This document shows positions 9,371-20,070 of a stretch of 64,000 nucleotides of DNA, one piece after another. Source of the DNA: an uncultured Bacilli bacterium (GTDB lineage: Bacteria > Bacillota_I > Bacilli_A > RF39 > UBA660); NCBI GenBank assembly GCA_947600335.1, contig CANQGB010000001.1, forward strand, positions 2,443 to 66,442. Direction: 5' to 3'. Position 1 is the stretch's first letter. Each line of letters opens with the position of its first letter. Under the pieces are notes generated by a model, which searched no databases, had not been told where the DNA came from, and worked only from the letters and a program-made list of their open reading frames with translations. The translations under genes were made by a program, and so were the position numbers.

Positions 9371-10336
9371 TTATTCAAGCGAATTTATAACAAAATTTTC
9401 AACTTTCTCACCATGCGCGACATTAAACTCGACTTTTTCCACATCATACGTATCGCGAATGGACAAAAAAATCGTATACTGAACTTCTTCAATAATTTCA
9501 GAATTATTAATTTCATCTAACAAATACTCATTAAAACTTAACTTAATTTCATTTTCTAAAATTTCATAATTCGTAATCTCAGTACTCGTATGTAAATAAC
9601 TAATTAAATTAGACTCATAAATCGGAGCACTTTTTAATTTTTCAATAATAATTTCCACTTTTTCTTTATCAGTATTAGCAATATAAGTAATTGGAACATA
9701 ATAGAATTTATCATTTTCCTTGGCTCCATAATAAATCGTAGTTTTACTAGTATCTTTCAAACTGGTAATCTCGACAACCTTATTAATTCCAAAATCCTTA
9801 TTCAACACACTTGGGAGTTTTTCTTTACTAAAGGGTAGCTCAATTAATTGTTCACCCTCGATAAAAATTAAAATATTTTTAACTTCCGGTATCTCTGTTA
9901 AAGAATAGATAATCGCCTCGATTAATTTTCGTTCTTTATCTTTATTAGTATTCAAAAAATTTTTCGAAAAATCGAGCTTCAATAAACCGTTTTCTAAACT
10001 CAAATTATTAAGGATCGTCCCACTCGGAATAATTGCATAAAAATTAGTTGGAATATATTCACTTTCATTACTATTGATAGTCAAAATGCTAATTATCTCT
10101 TTAATTCGATTTAAAATGTCTTTATTATCACTAACCATCAAATTAACGCGGGCCACTAATTCCTGTTTATCTAATAAATAAACTGCACTTTCTGCGACAT
10201 CTTCATAACTTAAACTTTGTTTATATTTTTGTTCTGTATTGGCCGTAGGAAAAAAATAAGTAATAATAAAAATAATAAGTGCTAAAGAAGCAATAGCAAT
10301 TCGCCGATAAATACCATTTTTAAGCATAAAATTCAC
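9371..10336 (-). CDS. hypothetical membrane-anchored protein (possibly GerMN-like)
   Basis: N-terminal transmembrane anchor, 321 aa. It lies next to a GerE-type regulator. The domain assignment is a guess. Confidence 0.3.
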   Translation of the reverse strand: MNFMLKNGIYRRIAIASLALIIFIITYFFPTANTEQKYKQSLSYEDVAESAVYLLDKQELVARVNLMVSDNKDILNRIKEIISILTINSNESEYIPTNFYAIIPSGTILNNLSLENGLLKLDFSKNFLNTNKDKERKLIEAIIYSLTEIPEVKNILIFIEGEQLIELPFSKEKLPSVLNKDFGINKVVEITSLKDTSKTTIYYGAKENDKFYYVPITYIANTDKEKVEIIIEKLKSAPIYESNLISYLHTSTEITNYEILENEIKLSFNEYLLDEINNSEIIEEVQYTIFLSIRDTYDVEKVEFNVAHGEKVENFVINSLE

Positions 10337-10415
10337 CTAATAAACTATATTAGAAACTACCTAAAATATTCCATAAATAAAAAAATCTCATCCAAAGATG
10401 AGCATATAATTTATC

Positions 10416-10622
10416 TTAAATATTAATTTCGCCTAACTTCAACAATTCTACAACGGCTTGGGCTCTGCCTTTAACTCCCAACTTTTGCATAACATTGGAA
10501 ATATGATTCCGAACCGTTTTTTCACTTATGCCTAAAAATTCTGCAATTTCTTTTGTTGATTTATTTAAAATTAATAATTCAAAAACTTCTAATTCACGTG
10601 CCGTTAAAATACTATTTTTCAT
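10416..10622 (-). CDS. LuxR/GerE family HTH transcriptional regulator (small, about 68 aa)
   Basis: LTARELEVFELL..STKEIAEFLGISEKTVRNHISNVMQKLGV is a classic LuxR-type HTH. RBS GTGAGGAAAA before the ATG at 10622. Confidence 0.75.
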   Translation of the reverse strand: MKNSILTARELEVFELLILNKSTKEIAEFLGISEKTVRNHISNVMQKLGVKGRAQAVVELLKLGEINI

Positions 10623-10708
10623 GATTTTCCTCACTTTCTTCCCAAAATATATCTAACTATTGTATATTATGAGGAATTCTTTATTAAGTGATGGACTAAG
10701 AACTAATT

Positions 10709-11212
10709 TTAACCTTGAAATTTAACGGTAATATACATTTTTTGGTCAAATTCTTCTTGAATTAAACGAATTATATTATTAGCTAAAGTACTATTATGTT
10801 CCTTACTGGCAATGGTTACGGTAATCTGGTCATTTTTAATTTTAACAAAACTTTCTAAATTATAATTTTCTTTAATTTTCTTTTCTAAACTTTCTTTTTT
10901 ACCTTGCGTCGCATTAATTGTTTGTAAAGAATTATAAGCATCATTTTTTTCTTGTAAACTAGCTGTATCATCTAAAAGAATCGTTTGGAGTTCTTCAATT
11001 TCTTCCAGCATTTCCTCTTCATCTTGAACTCTTAAAGATACTAAAATACTGCTATCTTCAGTTTTAACAACGGAATCTACTTTTTCTTCTTGAACTACGG
11101 AATTAGTTGCAATTTGTAAAATATCATCATCTTTAATCGTTACATAATAAATACTTAAAACTAAAATTAAACTAAATAGTGTCACAAACCATAAACCTTG
11201 TTTATTAATCAT
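10709..11212 (-). CDS. hypothetical membrane-anchored protein
   Basis: N-terminal transmembrane segment and an acidic coiled region. No family recognised. Confidence 0.3.
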   Translation of the reverse strand: MINKQGLWFVTLFSLILVLSIYYVTIKDDDILQIATNSVVQEEKVDSVVKTEDSSILVSLRVQDEEEMLEEIEELQTILLDDTASLQEKNDAYNSLQTINATQGKKESLEKKIKENYNLESFVKIKNDQITVTIASKEHNSTLANNIIRLIQEEFDQKMYITVKFQG

Positions 11213-11310
11213 TTTTTCCCTCCGACTTTAATAAATTATATATAAATGAAATGTTAAATATGCTAAATAATCATCAATATTTTGGAAAAGCATGATATAA
11301 TTTTAAATAG

Positions 11311-12084
11311 GTGAAGAGTATGAAGTTTAATATATCTTATATTTTTATGGTCTTTTTTATTTATAGTGTTCTGGGGTTTATTTCTGAAACTATTTTTACA
11401 AGTATTAAAAACAAAAAATTTGTCAATCGGGGTTTTTTATTTGGACCTTATTGTCCCGTGTATGGTTTTGGTAGTCTTTTTATTATCTATTGTTTATCTC
11501 GTTATGAAAATGACCCCATTGTGGTCTTTATCTTAGGTTCGGTGATTACTTCTTGTTTAGAGTATTTTACGAGTTTTATTTTAGAAAAAATCTTTCATAA
11601 TAAGTGGTGGGATTATTCCGATTATAAATACAATGTTAATGGCCGAATTTGTTTACAAAATACCATTTTATTTGGTCTAGGTAGTTTAGTTATCATTTAT
11701 TTAGGAGACCCTTTAATTTTTAAATTTTTAAATAGATTATCTAATTTTAGTTTAAATTTAAATGCTTTAATTTATGGTTTTATTTTTATTGTCGATACGA
11801 TTTATTCTTTCATTATTGCCTATAACTTAAGAAATAAATTAATTTTCTGTGAAGAATTGAAGAAAGAAAAATTAGCTCATTTACCTGGTATGTTAGAAAA
11901 AATTATGAAAGAACGTTTAAGCAATTTAAAAACTTATCCTAAACGTTTACTAGAAGCTTTCCCTAATTTAAAGAATAACAACTTTAAAGAGTTTGAAATC
12001 ATGAAAGCGATTCGTGAAAAAAATATCTTAGAAAAGAAAAAACAGAAAAAAAATAAAGCAAAGAAGAAAAAAGTTAACAAATAA
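11311..12084 (+). CDS. polytopic membrane protein with a Lys-rich C-terminus (possibly CmpB/PF06541-like)
   Basis: Multiple transmembrane helices and a KKKQKKNKAKKKK tail. The family assignment is tentative. Confidence 0.3.
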   Translation: MKSMKFNISYIFMVFFIYSVLGFISETIFTSIKNKKFVNRGFLFGPYCPVYGFGSLFIIYCLSRYENDPIVVFILGSVITSCLEYFTSFILEKIFHNKWWDYSDYKYNVNGRICLQNTILFGLGSLVIIYLGDPLIFKFLNRLSNFSLNLNALIYGFIFIVDTIYSFIIAYNLRNKLIFCEELKKEKLAHLPGMLEKIMKERLSNLKTYPKRLLEAFPNLKNNNFKEFEIMKAIREKNILEKKKQKKNKAKKKKVNK

Positions 12085-12151
12085 GTTAATTTTTTTTTAA
12101 TTTAAAAGGAAATTTCAAATTTTCATTGTAAATATATAGTAGGAGGTGAAA

Positions 12152-14224
12152 ATGAGAAAAGAATTAATTATAATTCAACAAGACCTAAAAGATTGTGGTG
12201 TATGCTGTTTACAATCGATTATAAAATATTATCATGGCTATGTACCATTAGAAAAAATCCGTATCGATACGGCTACGTCTATGGAGGGGACAAATGCATA
12301 TCAATTAATCAAAGCCGCTAAAAGTTATGGATTTAATTCGCTTGGTAAAAGATTACCTAGTATCAACGATATTAATGATGAATTAATATATCCTTGCATT
12401 GCTCATATTGCTACTAAAAAATATAGCCATTTTGTTGTTATTTATAAGAGTACTAAAGATAGCTTAATTTTAATGGACCCAGCTAAAGGTAAAGTCGTTC
12501 AAAAAAAAGTTGATTTTATGAAAACGTGGACTAATGTCATTATCGAACTTTATCCTCAAAATAAAATTTTAAATATTAAAACGCAAAATTTCATTCCCTT
12601 ATTTTCTAAAAAACTTATTTCGCAAAATAAAAACATATTTTTCAAAATTTTCCTATATAAAATATTCCTTATTTTCTTTAGTTTAGTCTTAAGTTTTCAT
12701 TTTAAAATTAATCTTAGTCTTTTTAATAATCAAGCTATCAAAACTTTTATTATGATATCAACATATTTTATTTTAGGTTATTTTTTCAAAGTAGTTTTTA
12801 ATTACTTCGAGAATTATCAAAAAAATCTTTTGGAAAAAAAGATAGATACTGAAGTTTACCATGATTTTTTATCGCACTTATTTTTACTTCCGGATAGTTT
12901 TATTAAAAATCGGACCTCGGGGGAGATTATGACTAGAGTAGAGGAGTTAAGTAGTATTAAAGAATTTTATTCGAATATTTTCTTATCTTTAGTCCTCGAA
13001 AGTATTTTATTAATCATTTGTAGTATTGTTCTTTTTCATATTAATTTAACTTTATTTTTAACTTTAGGTTTATTTCTAGTTATTTATATTTTGATTGGAA
13101 CAATCTACAGCCGCCGGTTATTTAAAAAAATTATCCAAAATATAGAAGCTACTTCTATATTCAATGCTAAGGTTTTAGAAAATTTAGATGTTTATACGAC
13201 CTTAAAAAATTTAGGTGTCTTAAAGGCAGCTAATCAAGAATTAAATTATATAACTAACTGTTATCTTAAAAATAACTATCAATTAAACGAGTACTTTTTA
13301 AACTTTAATACTTTCTGTGATTTTTTAGAACAGTTGCTTAACTATTTTATTATTACTTTTGGTTTCATTTTAATTTACCAAAATAAATTAAGTATTGTCG
13401 ATTTATATACGTTTCTAATTTTAATTTTTTACCCCATTAATTATATAAAAAATCTTATTATCATAATCCCTAAATATACTTATATTAAAGCAATTATTCA
13501 TAAAATCAACGATTATTTTGATATCCCAATCGCACAAGAAGAAAATAGTACTGAGTTTTCTTATGGGGATATTCGAATAACAAATTTAACTTATTGCCTC
13601 AATTATCAAGAATATATATTTCAAAATTTAAACTTAGTTATTTTAAAAAACAGTCATGTTATGTTAAAAGGTTCATCAGGATGTGGCAAATCAACCCTTT
13701 GTAAATTAATAACTAGGTCCATCACAGATGAGTATATGCCCATAACTATCGATGGCCATTTAATCAACACTTTGACCCAAAAATCTCTAGAACAAAACAT
13801 TACTTACGTCGGTCAAAGAGAAAATTTAATTCAAGATACGATTAAGAATAATATTTTATTCTATCGCCAAATATCCGAAGAAAAGTTAAACCAAATTATT
13901 TCACTATGTGCTTTAGATGAACTAATTAAGAAAAAGCCTTTAGGTTTAGAAACTTTTCTCTTTAAAGACAGTTCTAATTTATCGGGTGGTGAAAAACAAA
14001 GAATAATCTTAGCCCGAGCCTTATTAAATGATTTTAAAATTTTAATCTTAGATGAGGCTTTAAGCGAACTAAATGAAGATTTAGAAATTGGAATAATAAA
14101 AAATTTAAGAAAAAATTATCCTGATAAAACTATCATTTATGTTACGCATAAAAATCATGATGAGTATTTTGACGATGTCATTGATTTAAGCAAAAAAAAG
14201 GAGGTTATTAATGATTTTATCTAA
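12152..14224 (+). CDS. bacteriocin-processing ABC transporter with N-terminal C39 peptidase domain (ATP-binding/permease)
   Basis: N-terminal LKDCGVCCLQSII (C39 catalytic Cys). Transmembrane domain. Walker A GSSGCGKST, ABC signature LSGGEKQRI, Walker B ILILDEA. RBS AGGAGGTGA. Confidence 0.85.
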   Translation: MRKELIIIQQDLKDCGVCCLQSIIKYYHGYVPLEKIRIDTATSMEGTNAYQLIKAAKSYGFNSLGKRLPSINDINDELIYPCIAHIATKKYSHFVVIYKSTKDSLILMDPAKGKVVQKKVDFMKTWTNVIIELYPQNKILNIKTQNFIPLFSKKLISQNKNIFFKIFLYKIFLIFFSLVLSFHFKINLSLFNNQAIKTFIMISTYFILGYFFKVVFNYFENYQKNLLEKKIDTEVYHDFLSHLFLLPDSFIKNRTSGEIMTRVEELSSIKEFYSNIFLSLVLESILLIICSIVLFHINLTLFLTLGLFLVIYILIGTIYSRRLFKKIIQNIEATSIFNAKVLENLDVYTTLKNLGVLKAANQELNYITNCYLKNNYQLNEYFLNFNTFCDFLEQLLNYFIITFGFILIYQNKLSIVDLYTFLILIFYPINYIKNLIIIIPKYTYIKAIIHKINDYFDIPIAQEENSTEFSYGDIRITNLTYCLNYQEYIFQNLNLVILKNSHVMLKGSSGCGKSTLCKLITRSITDEYMPITIDGHLINTLTQKSLEQNITYVGQRENLIQDTIKNNILFYRQISEEKLNQIISLCALDELIKKKPLGLETFLFKDSSNLSGGEKQRIILARALLNDFKILILDEALSELNEDLEIGIIKNLRKNYPDKTIIYVTHKNHDEYFDDVIDLSKKKEVINDFI

Positions 14225-14339
14225 TGAAGAACTACAAACAATATCTGGTGGAAGTTTAAAAGAAGCTTTTATAGTAGGCGTTGGTTCTGTTATCAGTTTT
14301 TTTGTAGGCGTTTTCGAAAGTTTTTTTGCTAGATGCTAG
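14211..14339 (+). CDS. double-glycine leader bacteriocin precursor peptide A (42 aa)
   Basis: MILSNEELQTISGG leader (LSxxELxxIxGG consensus) followed by a hydrophobic Gly-rich 28-aa core. GGAGG RBS 7 nt upstream. Overlaps the last codons of the transporter gene. Confidence 0.7.
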   Translation: MILSNEELQTISGGSLKEAFIVGVGSVISFFVGVFESFFARC

Positions 14340-14359
14340 TTAGAAAGGAGTAAATTAAA

Positions 14360-14512
14360 ATGTATTTAACAAATCAAGAATTAACTAAAATTAATGGTGG
14401 AGCTTTGTCTTCAACGATTAATTCCATGACTAAAATTTTTTCCTTTTTTTATGATTTAGGTAAGTCTGTAGGTAATACCATTAGAAATTTATTTGGAAAA
14501 AATTATTGTTAA
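14360..14512 (+). CDS. double-glycine leader bacteriocin precursor peptide B (50 aa)
   Basis: MYLTNQELTKINGG leader followed by a 36-aa amphipathic core ending in C. RBS AAAGGAG upstream. Confidence 0.7.
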   Translation: MYLTNQELTKINGGALSSTINSMTKIFSFFYDLGKSVGNTIRNLFGKNYC

Positions 14513-14560
14513 AATATCTGAGGTATTATATAATTAATACATACTAAGGAGGGATATATA

Positions 14561-15298
14561 ATGAAGCAAAAATCTCAAGGTTTTATTGCAATTTCATTAA
14601 TATATTCCTTTTTTTTAGTGTTTTTAATGACTATCTCAGCGATTATTGTTGATTATGCTCATAATCGCATCTTAGTTAATGAAGTATTAAAAGACACCCA
14701 AAATTATTTAAATAGCTTAGCCGAAAATGATCAAACTAAACTTCCTCGTAAAGATTATACTTTAAGAGAAAACGTTAATTATGCAGGTTTAACTTGGCAA
14801 GTAATTGGCACTAATGGCAATGATGTCACTTTAGTTTTAAATCGGGCATTAAATAATGCAGAAATAACTGCCGCTATTAATCATATGCATTATGAACTAA
14901 CTCACAATAATGAATACGTTAAAATGTGTAGTAATATTTATACAACTTATTATTGTTTTTATACGAGTAATACCTCTTATAAAGCTTATAATTATGATAA
15001 TAGTTTAATAAAAGCTTTAGTCAATGCTTGGTTTGATACTAATAGTTCTTTACAAGAAGCTTTAACTCACTATTCTTTAACTGCCATGACTGTTGCAGTT
15101 AACGGTACCTCATCTAGTGACTATGTTCGTATTATGAATCGCGATGAAGCTAGTATTATCGGTGATAATAATACCTGGACCTATACTTACTCTCGCTTAG
15201 CAAGTGGAATTAGTTATACTAAAAATGCTAGTAATGCTGATGTTAGTACCGTAGCTGAACAAACCGTAAGACCTGTAATTACAGTCAAAAAGAATTAA
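14561..15298 (+). CDS. hypothetical membrane-anchored protein (possible bacteriocin immunity or accessory protein)
   Basis: N-terminal transmembrane helix. Position immediately after the bacteriocin peptides. RBS AAGGAGGG. Confidence 0.3.
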   Translation: MKQKSQGFIAISLIYSFFLVFLMTISAIIVDYAHNRILVNEVLKDTQNYLNSLAENDQTKLPRKDYTLRENVNYAGLTWQVIGTNGNDVTLVLNRALNNAEITAAINHMHYELTHNNEYVKMCSNIYTTYYCFYTSNTSYKAYNYDNSLIKALVNAWFDTNSSLQEALTHYSLTAMTVAVNGTSSSDYVRIMNRDEASIIGDNNTWTYTYSRLASGISYTKNASNADVSTVAEQTVRPVITVKKN

Positions 15299-16095
15299 GT
15301 AAACAAACTTATAATCTTAGCTAAAAGATAACTTATGACTAAAAAAATCAAGTAATATATAATTTTTTTAAAACTAAAATCTAAACTAGGCATAATTAAA
15401 ATGGCACTCATCAAAACCATACCCCAAAGCAAACTCATTGTCAGTTTGCGATTTTTTTTTAAACAAAATAGTGAGAACTTTCCGCCTAAAAAAATGCCTA
15501 ATAAATCTCCCAGAAAATAAAAACTCAAAGGAATTATAAAATATAAATATTGCCAAGATAAATTAGCTAAATAGGATTTATACAAAAAGTAGGGGCCTAA
15601 AATCATCATTATCATTGACCCCGAAATACCCGGTAAAATTGTAAAAAAGCCGTCAATCATTCCACAACTCCAAAACCAAATTAAAAAAATAAAAGTAATC
15701 TTGGGATAATTGCTAATTACCAAACTATCATTATAACTAATTAAAGATAAAGAACTCATTAAAATAGCTCCCACCAAAAACCATTTTATTGAAAAGTTAC
15801 GAGGTTCTTTTTTTATCATATCTTTTAAACTAAAAAGGACTAAACCCCCAAAGATAATTAATATTTCTTGCGGGAAAAAATAAAACAACAATTCTGCAAT
15901 CCGGGCAAAAGTAATAGTTCCTAAGATAACTCCTATTAAAAGCATTAAAATAATAAACTTATTTTGTTTTTCCTTTAAATTAGTAATAACCATTGTAAAC
16001 CACTCATATTTGTCAAGCATCACTAAAACCGTTCCGCCACTAATACCTGGGATTAAACTAACAACGCCAATTAAAAATCCTGTCAAAAAGTTCAT
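15295..16095 (-). CDS. DUF368 family membrane protein
   Basis: Two internal repeats carrying IPGISGGT and LPGISGSM motifs. Polytopic. Confidence 0.5.
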   Translation of the reverse strand: MNFLTGFLIGVVSLIPGISGGTVLVMLDKYEWFTMVITNLKEKQNKFIILMLLIGVILGTITFARIAELLFYFFPQEILIIFGGLVLFSLKDMIKKEPRNFSIKWFLVGAILMSSLSLISYNDSLVISNYPKITFIFLIWFWSCGMIDGFFTILPGISGSMIMMILGPYFLYKSYLANLSWQYLYFIIPLSFYFLGDLLGIFLGGKFSLFCLKKNRKLTMSLLWGMVLMSAILIMPSLDFSFKKIIYYLIFLVISYLLAKIISLFT

Positions 16096-16177
16096 AAATT
16101 CACCCCTTAATTATATGTTCATTGATTAATAAATTTTCCTGTGATAAAATAACAATATAGAAGAGGAGGACATTATA

Positions 16178-16726
16178 ATGGTATGGTTAATTATCGGGGC
16201 AATTGTTGTTATTATCATTGTCTTTATTATTACAACTTATAATAAACTTGTTGTTTTAAGAAATCGGGTAAGGGACCAATGGTCTCAAATAGATGTGCAA
16301 TTAAAAAGAAGATTTGATTTAATTCCTAATCTTGTTGAAACAGTTAAAGGTTATGCTAAACATGAAAGTGAAACTTTAGAAGATGTTGTTAAAGCGCGTA
16401 ATACTTTTTTAACAGCTAATTCCAAAGAAGCCGAAATGGATGCTAACAATCAACTAACTAGTGCGATGTCAAAATTATTTGCTTTAGCCGAAAGTTATCC
16501 GGATTTAAAAGCCAACACAAATTTTACCGAATTACAACAAGAATTAAGTACTACTGAAGAAAAAATAGCTAGTGCTCGGCAATTCTATAATGATACAGTT
16601 TTAACTTATAACAATGCTATCGAAACAATTCCAAGTAATATTATTGCCGGATTATTTCATTTCAAAAGAGAAGCCTTTTTTGAAGCTAAAGATACTGAAA
16701 GAGAAAATGTTCAAGTTAAATTTTAA
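16178..16726 (+). CDS. lemA: LemA family protein
   Basis: N-terminal transmembrane segment followed by the conserved LemA core ([42 protein letters not shown]). Confidence 0.8.
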   Translation: MVWLIIGAIVVIIIVFIITTYNKLVVLRNRVRDQWSQIDVQLKRRFDLIPNLVETVKGYAKHESETLEDVVKARNTFLTANSKEAEMDANNQLTSAMSKLFALAESYPDLKANTNFTELQQELSTTEEKIASARQFYNDTVLTYNNAIETIPSNIIAGLFHFKREAFFEAKDTERENVQVKF

Positions 16727-16765
16727 GCTTAGGCTTAAAATTTTTTTAGTAGGAGATTCGAAAAC

Positions 16766-18649
16766 ATGAAAAAAATTTTAAAAATAATTACCTTATTAGT
16801 TCTTATCTTGCCTTTAACTACCCAAGCCTTAACTTACGATAATGTTTATTATAATATTAGTGATTATTATATCGATGCTGATATTTTAGAAAATGGCGAT
16901 TTGTTAGTCAATGAATTAATTGTTTTAGATGGGACTTTTAATGGTTATATTCGAGATATTGCTTATCGTAATTCCAAATTAACTAGCAATAATTATGAAA
17001 ACAATGTTTTATACAATGCAAGTGGAATTGAATTAATTGATATTTCCGCCAAAAAAATTAATGGCGAGGTAAGTTTTGCCACTATAAATGAATCAGGTTA
17101 TACAACATTAACTCCTAATTACAGTGCTAATTTAGGTTATACCATCACATCTTTATCTAATGAAGAAGAATATAAAATGTACTTTGCCACTAACGGAAAA
17201 GCAGCTTTTAAAATCACCTATTTATTAAAAGATGTCGCGGTTATTCATCAAGATGTCGCGGAACTTTATTGGACATTTATTGGTGATGGTTTTGACGATG
17301 CCATTAACAACTTACACATAAGAGTTAATTTACCCCAAAAAGATAGTAGCTCTGATTTTCGTATCTGGGCCCATGGTGATTTATCCGGTGAAATAAATAA
17401 ATATGATGACAGTTATTGTCTAGCTACCATTAACCAAAATAAAGCTCTTAATCCCATCGACATTCGTCTAACATTTGCTAAGAATTTGTTAGATGAAACC
17501 AGCGTTCAAAAACAAAATGTGGAAACAGCCTTACCCGAAATTTTAAAAGTTGAAGAAAAGAGAGCTGATAAAGCTAATCGTCAAAGAAAGAAAATGCAAA
17601 TTATTAGAAATATTATTTTTATATTAAATCTTCTTTGGTATCTATCCTTATTTATCACAGCTATCTATGTTTATTTCAAATATGATAAAGAATATAAAAG
17701 TATTTTTAAAAACAAATATAATCGAGAATTTATCGACGACTACAATGTTGAAGTAATAGATTATCTTATGAATAAAAACATTACGCCTAATGCCTTAAGT
17801 GCTTCAATTATGAACTTAGTTTACAAAAAAAATATTCGTTTAGAAGAAATAAGTTCTGATAAAAAACATAAAAATTATCAATTTACTTTACTTAATCAAG
17901 ATAATCTCAACGATACCGAAAAATATTTAGTAGATTTCTTATTTAATCGTGTGGGCAAGGAAAATACCTTTACTACGGAAGACTTAAAAAAGTATGCCTC
18001 TAGTCCTAAAACTTATGATAAATTTCACTCTAACTATACCACTTGGAAAAATAAAGTCGTTAGCGATGGCAAAAAGCAACAATTCTTTGAGAAAAAATCT
18101 AAGCCTATTTCTTTGGGTACTTTATTTTTAGTAACCGCCTTTTTATTAATCTTAATCGATGCCATCTTTGGTTTTCAAATTATTTTTTATGGTAGGTTAT
18201 TCTTGGCGATTATCTTCTTTGTTTACACAATAACATTTAGCAAAAGAACCAAAAAAGGTAACGAAGATTATGTCCGTTGGAAAGCTTTCAAAAACTTCTT
18301 ACAAGATTTTGGCAACTTTAAAATCAAAGAACTTCCTGAAATTATCCTGTGGGAAAGATATTTAGTTTATGCCACCATTTTTGGTCTAGCCAAACAAGTA
18401 TCAAAAAATATGAATGTTCTAATTAGTGAAATTCCAGAAGGCACTTATGTCGACTACTATCCATCATTTGTGGACTTTTACATCTTTGATAGCATTTCTA
18501 ACTCCATCAATAGTGCAATTGCTTCGAATAATACAGCCATAACTAACGCCCAAATATCATCATCTAGTAGCAGTGGTGGTGGTTTTGGCGGCGGCTTCTC
18601 TAGTGGTGGCGGCTTCGGTGGAGGCGGCGGCGGTGGTCGTGGTTTCTAG
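16766..18649 (+). CDS. DUF2207 domain membrane protein with a Gly-rich C-terminal tail
   Basis: Canonical LemA+DUF2207 gene pair. Signal peptide, transmembrane helices, C-terminal SSSSGGGFGGGFSSGGGFGGGGGGGRGF. Confidence 0.6.
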   Translation: MKKILKIITLLVLILPLTTQALTYDNVYYNISDYYIDADILENGDLLVNELIVLDGTFNGYIRDIAYRNSKLTSNNYENNVLYNASGIELIDISAKKINGEVSFATINESGYTTLTPNYSANLGYTITSLSNEEEYKMYFATNGKAAFKITYLLKDVAVIHQDVAELYWTFIGDGFDDAINNLHIRVNLPQKDSSSDFRIWAHGDLSGEINKYDDSYCLATINQNKALNPIDIRLTFAKNLLDETSVQKQNVETALPEILKVEEKRADKANRQRKKMQIIRNIIFILNLLWYLSLFITAIYVYFKYDKEYKSIFKNKYNREFIDDYNVEVIDYLMNKNITPNALSASIMNLVYKKNIRLEEISSDKKHKNYQFTLLNQDNLNDTEKYLVDFLFNRVGKENTFTTEDLKKYASSPKTYDKFHSNYTTWKNKVVSDGKKQQFFEKKSKPISLGTLFLVTAFLLILIDAIFGFQIIFYGRLFLAIIFFVYTITFSKRTKKGNEDYVRWKAFKNFLQDFGNFKIKELPEIILWERYLVYATIFGLAKQVSKNMNVLISEIPEGTYVDYYPSFVDFYIFDSISNSINSAIASNNTAITNAQISSSSSSGGGFGGGFSSGGGFGGGGGGGRGF

Positions 18650-18670
18650 AACCCTTGAGGTTCTTTTTTT
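18649..18670 (+). terminator. rho-independent terminator
   Basis: GAACC-CTTGA-GGTTC hairpin followed by T7. Confidence 0.65.
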
Positions 18671-18701
18671 CTGAAAAACTTTATGTTACAATACTAATAA
18701 G

Positions 18702-19346
18702 GTGGTAGGCATGCAAAAAGTAATCGCAGGAGACATCGTTGATGTTGTCATAGTTTATAAAAAAAATAAAAATATTTATTTGCGTTTTCAAAAAGACCAA
18801 AAACTCTATGCTACCTGTAATCGTTTTGTAACCGAAAAAGCCATCTCGAACTTAATTGATGCCAATATGCCCAAAATTACCAAAATGTATGAAGCTATCA
18901 AAAAAGAAAATCTCGGGGACCAATACTTCAACTATTTAGGCCAAAAATATACTATCTGTTACTTAGATGATATTAAAAATCCCTACATTGATGCCGACAT
19001 CATTTACTGTCGTAATTCGCAACAACTAACTAAGTTCTATCAAGCCGAAGTCAAAAGAGTATTTACTAGCGAAGTCAATCGTATAAAACCTTATTTTCCG
19101 CATATTCCTGAATTCACCCTTAAATTTCGTCAAATGAAAACGCGATGGGGTGTTTGTAATCGCCGGCTTAATACGGTTACTTTAAATACAGAGTTATTAA
19201 AAAAGGATTTAGACTTGTTAGATTATGTCATTATTCATGAACTATGTCATTTTTATGAAGCAAATCACAGTTCAAAATTTTGGGACCATGTTGCTAAATA
19301 TTATCCCAACTATAAAGAAGCAAGAAAACGGTTAAGGAGTGTTTAA
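18702..19346 (+). CDS. YgjP-like (DUF45/M48-type) metal-dependent hydrolase
   Basis: C-terminal HELCHFYEANHSSKFW HExxH motif, 214 aa. Confidence 0.6.
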   Translation: MVGMQKVIAGDIVDVVIVYKKNKNIYLRFQKDQKLYATCNRFVTEKAISNLIDANMPKITKMYEAIKKENLGDQYFNYLGQKYTICYLDDIKNPYIDADIIYCRNSQQLTKFYQAEVKRVFTSEVNRIKPYFPHIPEFTLKFRQMKTRWGVCNRRLNTVTLNTELLKKDLDLLDYVIIHELCHFYEANHSSKFWDHVAKYYPNYKEARKRLRSV

Positions 19347-20070
19347 AATGTTGGAAATTACATCTCTAAATAATCCCAAAGTCAAAAATTGGCTTAAATT
19401 AAAAGACAAAAAATATCGGGATTTAACTAATTTATTTTTAATTGAAAACGACCATTTAATTAATGAAGCTAAAAAAGCTCAAGTCTTACAAGAAACCATC
19501 ACGACCAATCAAAACATTAAAGCTGATTACCTCGTTACCAAAGAAATTATGCACCAATTATCTAATCAAAAAAGTTTACCGGAACTAATTGCCGTTTGTC
19601 AAAAAATTCCTCCCCAACCTATTGGTGATAAAATCTTAGTTTTAGATAACATTCAAGACCCCGGTAATCTTGGCACCATTATTCGGAGTGCTGTTGCTTT
19701 TTCTTGTGATACCATCATTTTAAGTACTGATTCCGTTGACTTATATAATGAAAAAGTTATCCGAGCTACGGAAGGCATGCTTTTTTCGATAAATATCATC
19801 CGTACCGACTTAGATGAATTTTTTCCAACTATCCAAGATAAGCCCATTTTAATAACCGATGTAACAAAAGGGGAAAACATCAAAAAAATCTTACCCTTAA
19901 CCAAATATGTCTTAGTCATTGGTAACGAAGGTCAAGGTGTTAAACCCCAATATCAAAAATATGCTACCCATTACTTAAAAATAAATATGCATCCAGCTTG
20001 TGAATCTTTAAATGCGGGAGTCGCTAGTAGTATCTTACTATATGAACTAAATGAGGCCAATCATGAATAA
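19339..20070 (+). CDS. TrmH/SpoU family RNA 2'-O-methyltransferase
   Basis: DNIQDPGNLGTIIRSA..GNEGQGV SpoU motifs. Confidence 0.7.
   Translation: MFKMLEITSLNNPKVKNWLKLKDKKYRDLTNLFLIENDHLINEAKKAQVLQETITTNQNIKADYLVTKEIMHQLSNQKSLPELIAVCQKIPPQPIGDKILVLDNIQDPGNLGTIIRSAVAFSCDTIILSTDSVDLYNEKVIRATEGMLFSINIIRTDLDEFFPTIQDKPILITDVTKGENIKKILPLTKYVLVIGNEGQGVKPQYQKYATHYLKINMHPACESLNAGVASSILLYELNEANHE

Noticed and set aside
18541-18646. GC-rich GGT/GGC-rich stretch, considered as a possible repeat or phase-variable tract
   Set aside because: It is ordinary codon-level coding for the glycine-rich C-terminal tail of the DUF2207 protein. It is not a homopolymer, so slippage is unlikely.
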